Below are positions 19,288 to 26,607 of a DNA stretch of 64,000 bases, one piece after another (position 1 is the first letter of the stretch; each line of letters begins with the position of its first letter). The stretch comes from an uncultured bacterium (GTDB taxonomy: Bacteria > Patescibacteriota > Minisyncoccia > UBA6257 > 2-01-FULL-56-20): the NCBI GenBank assembly GCA_963707865.1, contig OY970175.1, positions 396,305 through 460,304 on the forward strand, written 5' to 3'. The notes below the pieces were generated by a model. That model was not told the origin of the DNA, made no database searches, and saw nothing but the letters and a program-made list of their open reading frames with translations. The position numbers and the translations under genes were made by a program.

Positions 19288-21015
19288 TCACTTACTCGCG
19301 CCCTGAAGAGTTTTCAATTGCGCCTGGAGTGCTTGTAATTGTGCCTCCAACTGCTGCAGCGTGGCTGCGGCCGCGCTTGTGCTCGCGGTGTTTGTGGATT
19401 GTCCTCCGCCATACAATGCGTTCAGTGCAATCCTTGTTTTCGCGCCCACCATGCCCCATCCAGTCACCGCAGGACTTCCCGAACACACGATATTCTGATC
19501 GCACTGGAACTGCTGGACCGCTCTCTGCGTCAATGTCCCAAAGAAACCGCTCGCGTAGCCGGAATCAAGATACCCTTTCTGGATCAAAAACGTCTGTAAA
19601 TTTTTAACGTCGCCGCTCCGAAGGCCGAGGGACAATGTTGTTGTAAACGTTGCCGATACCGATGCCGTGGGTACCGATATCACAGGTACTGGTGTTGCAG
19701 ATACCGACGTCACTGAAGAGGAAACGACGGGTGCGGAAGATGCGGCCTGGGCCGCCACCGTGGGCGCGGTCACACTTGTGGTTACGCTCGTGGTTGCTGC
19801 AACCAACTGCGGCTTCACAGGCGACGTCTGAATGCCATACTGCAATGCTTGCGCGGAGACATTACCCGCCGCGTCGTAAGCGTCAACGGCATAGTTATAG
19901 TTTGTGAGAGAAGCAAGACCCGTATCCGCATACGAGGGAGAATTCGCAATCGCAATCTGCGCCCCGTTCCGATAGACGTGGTATCCCACAACGCCCACGT
20001 TATCGTACGAAAGTGACCAAGCAAGATCTATCTCTGACATAGACACTGGTTTCGCAGAGAGATTAAAGGGTGCGCTGGGCGCCGACGTATCCGGCGGAAG
20101 CGTGGTCCCCTGCACCGGATAGCTCTCGCCGGAAAAATTCCCTGCAGCATCGTAGGCGACCACATTGTAAAGATAACTCGTAGCGGCGGCGAGGTTCGTG
20201 TTTTTATATGTCGTTGGCGTGGAAGAAACGTTTGCAACCTGCGTCCCGTTCCGATACACGTAATAGCCCGCTACTCCCACGTTGTCGGAAGAAGCCTGCC
20301 ATGTGACGTCAATCTCACTTGATGATTTAGCGGTCACGAAAAGCGAGGACGGCACGGAGGGCGGAGTGATATCTGAAATTGTTGTCGCGTTCACCTGGCT
20401 GGAATAGGAAACATTCCCTGCCGCATCATACGCTGCAACCTTATAGGTGTAGGTGAATCCCGGCGAGAGGCCGGTGTCGGTATACGTAGTTGCGGTAAAC
20501 GGGTTTGCGATGCCGGGAATTCGGTTACCGTTGCGGTAGATATAATACCCTATGAGGGCGACATTATCAGTGGAAGTATTCCAAGAAAGCACTACCGATG
20601 AGGTGGCCGGCACAACCGAAATCCACGTGGGAGAGGAAGGAGGGGTGATGTCTTTCATGACCGAAACGGGGGAAGACGGAACAGAAAGCGAAGAGACGTT
20701 TCCTGCGGCATCGTATGCAGCGACAGTATACGAATATACCGCCCCGGGATTAACTGTGTCCGTGTAACTTGTGCTTTGGATATTTGCGACCAAGGTTCCG
20801 TTGCGATAGAGATAATATCCGGCGACGCCGACGTCATCGGTAGAAGCACTCCACGAAACGCTTATCTGGTCATATTTTGATAAAGAGACCGAAACTCCGG
20901 TAGGCGCGGAAGGCGGGGCCGTGCCTGCAGACTGGGCACGAGCAACGCCGGTCATGATAAAAAGACCCAAGAGAAAAGGGATTATTAGATACTTCCCTCT
21001 TTCCATTTTCATCAT
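19288..21015 (-). CDS. secreted protein with ~5 fibronectin type III-like repeats and C-terminal peptidoglycan-binding (PG_binding_1-like) domain
   Basis: It has a signal peptide and repeated units of the form PSAPT...W...S.DNVGV.GY.VYRNG. The C-terminus contains LQTFLIQKGYLDSGYASGFFGTLTQRAVQQFQ. Confidence 0.6.
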   Translation of the reverse strand: MMKMERGKYLIIPFLLGLFIMTGVARAQSAGTAPPSAPTGVSVSLSKYDQISVSWSASTDDVGVAGYYLYRNGTLVANIQSTSYTDTVNPGAVYSYTVAAYDAAGNVSSLSVPSSPVSVMKDITPPSSPTWISVVPATSSVVLSWNTSTDNVALIGYYIYRNGNRIPGIANPFTATTYTDTGLSPGFTYTYKVAAYDAAGNVSYSSQVNATTISDITPPSVPSSLFVTAKSSSEIDVTWQASSDNVGVAGYYVYRNGTQVANVSSTPTTYKNTNLAAATSYLYNVVAYDAAGNFSGESYPVQGTTLPPDTSAPSAPFNLSAKPVSMSEIDLAWSLSYDNVGVVGYHVYRNGAQIAIANSPSYADTGLASLTNYNYAVDAYDAAGNVSAQALQYGIQTSPVKPQLVAATTSVTTSVTAPTVAAQAASSAPVVSSSVTSVSATPVPVISVPTASVSATFTTTLSLGLRSGDVKNLQTFLIQKGYLDSGYASGFFGTLTQRAVQQFQCDQNIVCSGSPAVTGWGMVGAKTRIALNALYGGGQSTNTASTSAAAATLQQLEAQLQALQAQLKTLQGASK

Positions 21016-21043
21016 TGCCTCTTATCATAACATACTAACGGGC

Positions 21044-21114
21044 GGGGGCAGTAGGAATCGAACCTACGTCGACGGTTTTGGAGACCGCCGTCCTACCACT
21101 GAACGATGCCCCCT
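21044..21114 (-). tRNA. tRNA-Trp (anticodon CCA)
   Basis: A hand-folded cloverleaf has acceptor stem GGGGGCA/TGCCCCC and anticodon loop CU-CCA-AA. Confidence 0.75.
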
Positions 21115-21128
21115 TACCGGTAATAATA

Positions 21129-21308
21129 CTATTTTCCGGTAATCCTCGCCTCCTTGTGCACCGTCTGTTTGCGGCACCACTTGCAAAATTTCTTAAACTC
21201 CAGCTTCCGCTCCACGGTCTTCTTGTTCTTGGTCGTGTAATAATTCCGCCGCTTACACACGGAACAACGGAGGGTGATCAATTTGTCGGCACGCTTCACT
21301 TTCGCCAT
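21129..21308 (-). CDS. rpmG: 50S ribosomal protein L33
   Basis: The protein reads [30 protein letters not shown]...[12 protein letters not shown]. The start was trimmed from the ORF-track call. Confidence 0.85.
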   Translation of the reverse strand: MAKVKRADKLITLRCSVCKRRNYYTTKNKKTVERKLEFKKFCKWCRKQTVHKEARITGK

Positions 21309-21383
21309 GGGAACTATTTTAGCCGATTCGCGGAAAATTGGCAAATCGCGCCGCACGCGCCGGCGCCGCTTTGAACCATTTTG

Positions 21384-21671
21384 AGCCGATGGTCGGATTT
21401 GAACCGACGACCTACTCCTTCATTGCTACCTCAACTTCGCAACGCTTATATGAGGATTAGACTGTATCTTGCGCATACCACTCTCGCGGCGCAGCGCCCC
21501 TTGCCAGTCGTTCGGGCGGGAAAAATAATTTTGCTCTCGCCACGGTCTTGGCCCTTGCTCCACGCATTGGCCTTTAACCGTAATTCGGGATTCGCAGGCA
21601 GGTTTCCCTACCCGTGGGCATGACCCCTTCGGTCCACCATGGAGTTGCTCTACCAGCTGAGCTACATCGGC
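21384..21671 (-). tRNA. tRNA-Thr (anticodon GGU) interrupted by a 215-nt group I intron in the anticodon loop
   Basis: The 5' half (GCCGATGTAGCTCAGCTGGTAGAGCAACTCCATGGT) and the 3' half (AAGGAGTAGGTCGTCGGTTCAAATCCGACCATCGGCT) together form a perfect cloverleaf once nucleotides 21421..21635 are removed. Confidence 0.6.
21421..21635 (-). ncRNA. group I intron (small, Azoarcus-like size) between tRNA positions 36 and 37
   Basis: The 5' exon ends in U and the intron ends in G. Intron nucleotides 12-17 (GUCAUG) can pair with the 5' exon end CAUGGU to form P1 with a U-G pair at the splice site. A GGGAAACC segment is also present. Confidence 0.5.
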
Positions 21672-22267
21672 ATTTTCTCTTTTGAAACCAAATCAACCAA
21701 GAGATCTCGCAGCTTTTTATTGTGATACATCACGGTCATAACGCCATATTGGCTCTTTTTCCTGTAAGTGCCTATGGAACCTGATTTTGTGATGATTGGT
21801 TTGTTGATTTGGTCTTTCTCTATATTAAGTTTTTTAACCCAAAAGTCCAGAGCTTCGCCTGGGTCGATATCATTAAATAGTTGCAAGCCGAATTTTAAAT
21901 CCTCCTTACGAATACCGAATATTTTCAGAAGGAATTTGATGAATATTTCAATGAGGGCTGGATCGGTATTGCCGAGTCGGACAGAAGAATGGCTTGCTTT
22001 TGTCCCCTCTCCCCAATAAAGACCAATACCCAGTCCGAACAACTTCGCCTCGTCCGGGGTCTTTGGTTCATTAAAATGGAACGGGTCGCCGTTAGGATTT
22101 TTCTTGACATAAGTTGCATCGCTGTGAGTCCGTCGAGGAATCTGATATTTTTCCATCCAATACGAGATTGTATGCAAAGAGCAACGCAAAATAGTAGCAA
22201 TATCTTGCATTGATTTTTTCTCTTCTTTATAAAGTTTGATCAAAATGAGCTTCTTAAGCACACCCAA
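21662..22267 (-). CDS. HTH + LAGLIDADG-like (GLYWGEG) putative homing endonuclease, abutting the intron-containing tRNA
   Basis: It has an N-terminal HTH (MQDIATILRCSLHTISYW) and a single LAGLIDADG-like box (FGLGIGLYWGEGTK). Its 3' end overlaps the tRNA 5' end by 10 nt. Confidence 0.35.
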   Translation of the reverse strand: MGVLKKLILIKLYKEEKKSMQDIATILRCSLHTISYWMEKYQIPRRTHSDATYVKKNPNGDPFHFNEPKTPDEAKLFGLGIGLYWGEGTKASHSSVRLGNTDPALIEIFIKFLLKIFGIRKEDLKFGLQLFNDIDPGEALDFWVKKLNIEKDQINKPIITKSGSIGTYRKKSQYGVMTVMYHNKKLRDLLVDLVSKEKMPM

Positions 22268-22305
22268 ACTTTACCAAAGAAACATTAAAAAATTATTAAA
22301 CGCTG

Positions 22306-22734
22306 ATGGGGTATAATAACGCTATGGAACTCCAGGTCGGCGTGAAAGCGCTTCTCAAAAATAAGGACGGCAAATATCTCCTTGTGCGGCGTTCGCCCAA
22401 GAAGTATCCCGAAGTCGGTGCAAAGTGGGACATCGTCGGCGGAAGGATCAATCCCGGTGCGTCGCTTCTTGATAACCTAAAAAGGGAAATTAAAGAAGAA
22501 ACGGATCTGGATCTCGCGGAAACCCCGCGACTCATAGCAGCCCAGGACATTCTACGACCTCCCGAGAAGCATATCGTGAGGTTGACTTACCTCGGGACCA
22601 TTAACGGGCAACCAAAACTTGACGATGAAAACCTGGAGTATCGCTGGTTCACGATGAACGAAATAAAGGCGCTGGACGATTTGGATTCCTACGTCAAAAA
22701 ACTGGTCAACGACGGCGAGCTTCCACTTACTTGA
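22306..22734 (+). CDS. NUDIX hydrolase
   Basis: It contains the Nudix box GGRINPGASLLDNLKREIKEETD. Confidence 0.7.
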   Translation: MGYNNAMELQVGVKALLKNKDGKYLLVRRSPKKYPEVGAKWDIVGGRINPGASLLDNLKREIKEETDLDLAETPRLIAAQDILRPPEKHIVRLTYLGTINGQPKLDDENLEYRWFTMNEIKALDDLDSYVKKLVNDGELPLT

Positions 22735-25579
22735 TTGTGATCGTTGCGAGCAGGAATGGAGTAGTGCCTAGCACTGGATCAATCGTAATCCATAACCCGT
22801 ACTTGTTTCCGATCTTTCCATTCTTGAAGGCGGACGTCAACTTGGTCGAGAGATTGTAGATGTATTGCTGACCCGTTGAATCAAAGCGGAACTGATTCAG
22901 AGTATTCGAGCCACCGCTAGATACTGCGGCGGCGGCGGTAATTCCACAGAATGTACCAGTGTCACCGGCACAAACATAAAGTTTTGCCGTCCAACCAGAA
23001 ATCGTTGAAGGGATTTTGACCGGAATAGTACTGCCGTTCTGGAAGTCCTTGTTTGAGATGGTGAGAGGAGGCTGTGCGGCAATAATCACGTCATTAACGG
23101 TCCCCGATTGGTTATTGTAGTTGCCAGTCGAACTTATAAACGTCCAAGGATCAACATACGCGCCACCCGCTGTGTGTGTAGTACCAGACAGGTTAAGGGT
23201 ATTCTGAGGGCTACCACCGACACCGATACACGAGCCGGTTGCGGTGTGAGACGTACCGTTATAAAGCACAGCGTAGCCGGTGACATGGCAGGTCGCATCG
23301 GCTTTCTTGATGTTGTCGTCAACCTTGCCGTTCGCGTCGTTATAGTTTCCTGTGACATCAGTGAATGTCCAGGCGTCGCCGGTATAGGTACCAGCATTGG
23401 TGTGAGTTGTACCGCTTAAATCAAGACCGGGTAATGCTTCACCCTTAACTCCATTTGCCGAACCATCTGCAGTGTGGGAATTGCCATCATAAGTCACATC
23501 GTAAGGAGTGACCACGATCGTCGCATCGGCTTTGCTGATATCAATGGCCACATTTCCACTGTCATCATTGTAGTTTCCGGTAACGTCTGTAAATGTCCAG
23601 TTGGCAGTCCCGCCGGGAACATCGGTGAAGGAGTCTCCGAGAACTAGGCCCGCGAGTGGTTCGCCTTTGGCGCCAGTGCAGGAGCCACTTGCTCCGTGAG
23701 CATCACCGTCATAAGTGCCGCTGTAGCCGGTGACGGTGCATGTTGCATCTGCTTTGGTGATTACAATAGATACATCGCCGCTAGCGTCGTTGTAGTTCGT
23801 TCCACCAGTAAAGGTCCAGTGAGCCGTGCCGCCAGGAACATCGGTGAAAGTAGATCCTAGATTAAGCGAACCGCTAAGGTCTTCGCCTTTTACCCCAGTT
23901 GCAGCATCAGAAGCACCGTGCGCATTGCCATCGTAGACGCCGGTGTAGCCAGTAATGTTGATCGTCGCATCGGCTTTGCTGATATCAATGGCTACACTTC
24001 CACTGTCATCATCGTAGTTTCCAGTAACGTCCGTGAATGTCCAATCCGCTGTCCCGCCGGGAACATTAGTGAAGGTTGCACCGAGGTCAAGGCCTTCGAG
24101 TGTTTCGTCTTTGGCGCCGATGCAGGAGCCTGTTGCACCATGCGGGTCACCATCATAGGTGCCGGTGTAGCCGGTGATTGTGCAGGTCGGGGCAGCCTTT
24201 GTTATGGTAATTGTTGTGCTATCACTGCTTCCATTTTGGTCGTTGTAGTTCGTCCCGCCAGAGAAAGTCCAGTGAGCAGTGCCACCGGGTACGTTCATAA
24301 AGCTGGAACCGAGGTCCACCGAAGCGCTGAGATCCGCGCCACCAACACCAAAACAGTTGCCGCTCGCGCCATGCGCATTGCCGTCATAAGCACCAGCGTA
24401 GCCAGTGATTGAAGAACAGTCTGCGGTAGCTTTGTTTATGGTGATAGAAACCGGGTCGCTCGTGGCTTGGTTGTAATTATCGTCAGCCGCTTTAGTTACG
24501 GTGATGGAACAAGTCCCCGTGCCGCTCGTGATGGTCACTGCGCCACTATTCGTGTCCACGCTGCATGCAGTGGACGCGCCCGCACTAAAGGTAACCGTAC
24601 CCGTCCCGCTGCCGCCCGACTTTCCCGCAGCGATACCTGCCTGCCCGTATGTAGCGCTTGCTGGTAGGTCGGTGGTCAATGTTGCTTGATCGGCTTTCTG
24701 TGCCGTTGTATTTTCTGTAACTTCAGGAGCGGGATTATAGCTTCCATTTCCCGCTTGGTTATAGTGAACCGTGCAAGTGCCCGTACCGCTCGTCATTGTG
24801 ATCGTGGCCGAACCGCTGCCGCTGCCGGAACAGACACCGCTCGTTGTAATAGCAACGGTCAAGCCAGAATCCGCAGTTGCCGCGACTGGAAATGTGGTGT
24901 TGTAAACCGCACTTGCCGGTGCGTGCGTAGTGACCGTGATTGTCTGATTCGCCTTCGCAATCAAATTAAACGTGGCTGTCTCAATGACAGTTTTGTTTCC
25001 CGTTAGGCCAGAAGGAGAGCAAGTTCCTGTCCCACTACAATCTCCGCCGCTCCAACCAACAAAACTTGAACCCCCATCCGCCGCAGCGGTTAAGGTTACA
25101 GAAGGGTTATTACTGTTGAATGTTTGAGTGCATGATCCAGACGTTGCCCCCGCTGCAACTATACAGTCGATGGTGGTGCCGGTGCCTGTTATGGCGCCAT
25201 TACCAGTGCCCGCTCCGTTCACTTGTAAGACAGGATGGTTTGCGTCGGTGAAGTTGCCACTCTGCGTCACGCCCGAGGTCTCGCCGGTCACAGTGTAGGG
25301 ATAGGAACCACCCGCTGTGTCATCGGTCGGGAGCGTGAACTGCCAGCTGAACGCTCCGCTCTCGTCAACAGTGGTTTCGCCCGTCACCGCGCCGTACGGC
25401 GCTTGGATGTTTATATCAACTGTTTCTCCCGCCACGTATCCGGCACCATCGCTATTGTTACCGGAAATAACGACCGTACTGCCGGGGCTGTAATCCGCCT
25501 GGTTTGTGGAAACGTATGCCAGAGCCGGCATCGTACCCGCGACCAACAAAACAAGGGAAACAATTAATGTTTTTTTCAT
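22727..25579 (-). CDS. large secreted adhesin-like protein with ~6 tandem MBG/Ig-like repeats
   Basis: It has a signal peptide and repeated ~90-aa units of the form TGYTGTYDG.aHGA.G...G.....L.LG.tFTnVPGGTA.WTFT....NYND.sG.V.I.I.KA. Confidence 0.6.
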   Translation of the reverse strand: MKKTLIVSLVLLVAGTMPALAYVSTNQADYSPGSTVVISGNNSDGAGYVAGETVDINIQAPYGAVTGETTVDESGAFSWQFTLPTDDTAGGSYPYTVTGETSGVTQSGNFTDANHPVLQVNGAGTGNGAITGTGTTIDCIVAAGATSGSCTQTFNSNNPSVTLTAAADGGSSFVGWSGGDCSGTGTCSPSGLTGNKTVIETATFNLIAKANQTITVTTHAPASAVYNTTFPVAATADSGLTVAITTSGVCSGSGSGSATITMTSGTGTCTVHYNQAGNGSYNPAPEVTENTTAQKADQATLTTDLPASATYGQAGIAAGKSGGSGTGTVTFSAGASTACSVDTNSGAVTITSGTGTCSITVTKAADDNYNQATSDPVSITINKATADCSSITGYAGAYDGNAHGASGNCFGVGGADLSASVDLGSSFMNVPGGTAHWTFSGGTNYNDQNGSSDSTTITITKAAPTCTITGYTGTYDGDPHGATGSCIGAKDETLEGLDLGATFTNVPGGTADWTFTDVTGNYDDDSGSVAIDISKADATINITGYTGVYDGNAHGASDAATGVKGEDLSGSLNLGSTFTDVPGGTAHWTFTGGTNYNDASGDVSIVITKADATCTVTGYSGTYDGDAHGASGSCTGAKGEPLAGLVLGDSFTDVPGGTANWTFTDVTGNYNDDSGNVAIDISKADATIVVTPYDVTYDGNSHTADGSANGVKGEALPGLDLSGTTHTNAGTYTGDAWTFTDVTGNYNDANGKVDDNIKKADATCHVTGYAVLYNGTSHTATGSCIGVGGSPQNTLNLSGTTHTAGGAYVDPWTFISSTGNYNNQSGTVNDVIIAAQPPLTISNKDFQNGSTIPVKIPSTISGWTAKLYVCAGDTGTFCGITAAAAVSSGGSNTLNQFRFDSTGQQYIYNLSTKLTSAFKNGKIGNKYGLWITIDPVLGTTPFLLATITIK

Positions 25580-25669
25580 ACCACATGTATAGCATGCCCC
25601 CAGAACGGCGGCAAGCCCCTAAAGGGATGGCCTGTGCAGAAGTCGCAAAAACCAATCAAAATGTGGTGT

Positions 25670-26236
25670 TTAACGATTATTCAAACCGATGAGCCCTTCC
25701 ACCGCTCGCGCAACATTCTCATTCCAATCGTGGCCGGCATCTACTTCAACAAGTTTGATGCCATTGTTCCTTATAATCTCCGCCGATCTTTCATCGCAAA
25801 AGTAGTGATCGTCTTTGCCCCTGATGACGACCAAATCCTTTTGGGGAATTTTTTGAATGATATCAAAAACATCAACCTTCAGTAGCGCTAAAATCTGCCG
25901 AAGCCCGTACGGCCAATTATTTATGGGAACCAATTTCCTTAATGGTATGCCCTCTCCAAAAAAGAATTTGATCCACTCCCAAAATAAAACCAAAAGGCTT
26001 CTTTTTTTGATAAGAGGATTCACAAAAATAAACTTGCCGTTTCGAATCGCGTCATAGTGGGAAAGGATAAAATTCACTCCCCCGCTGTGCCCGACATAAT
26101 ATCGCGCGGCCGGAATTTCTTTTATAGAACAGGATTTCAGCCAAATATCCAAGCCGTCGTAATTTCCATAGTTCTTTACCATCTGGAACGCTCCGGGAAA
26201 GATAAGGACTCTGGGCGTGATTGATGGTTTTCCCAT
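25670..26236 (-). CDS. alpha/beta-hydrolase fold protein
   Basis: It has a GHSGG nucleophile elbow. Confidence 0.5.
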   Translation of the reverse strand: MGKPSITPRVLIFPGAFQMVKNYGNYDGLDIWLKSCSIKEIPAARYYVGHSGGVNFILSHYDAIRNGKFIFVNPLIKKRSLLVLFWEWIKFFFGEGIPLRKLVPINNWPYGLRQILALLKVDVFDIIQKIPQKDLVVIRGKDDHYFCDERSAEIIRNNGIKLVEVDAGHDWNENVARAVEGLIGLNNR

Positions 26237-26238
26237 AT

Positions 26239-26312
26239 TGGAGCCGGAGAGAGGAATCGAACCCCCGTCCTTGCTTTACAAAAGCATTGCTCTGCCATTG
26301 AGCTACTCCGGC
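26239..26312 (-). tRNA. tRNA-Thr (anticodon UGU), CCA encoded
   Basis: A hand-folded cloverleaf has acceptor stem GCCGGAG/CTCCGGC and anticodon loop UU-UGU-AA. Confidence 0.75.
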
Positions 26313-26370
26313 GGCTTTTTGATGCTTCCCTATATTATAGGACGATAACAGTTCTGTAAACATGGCAGTT

Positions 26371-26476
26371 AGGTATCCCGTTGGACTTTGTTTTGGAGAG
26401 CATCCCGGAGCCACGGCGGCTTGAAGCAACCTTTAGGTTGCTTGCCGTGGCGAGGGCGAGCGGCGTTTTCCCGCCG
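26371..26476 (+). repeat. structured repeat family B, copy 1 (upstream of dnaE)
   Basis: It is about 85% identical to 61884..61988. The differences are concentrated in two stems and are compensatory. Confidence 0.6.
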
Positions 26477-26607
26477 GAGAAAACGACCGCGTCTCCATAA
26501 AGGGAAATCTGGCGAAGCGATCACTATCTTTTTAATGAATGGTTTAGTATCATGTAATAGAAATTTAATGTTCTGCATCCTCGCTTGCGGGGGCAACATC
26601 AAGAACA

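Noticed and set aside
21381-21623. 80-aa plus-strand ORF inside the tRNA-Thr intron region
   Set aside because: It lies entirely within the proposed group I intron on the opposite strand and has poor coding bias.
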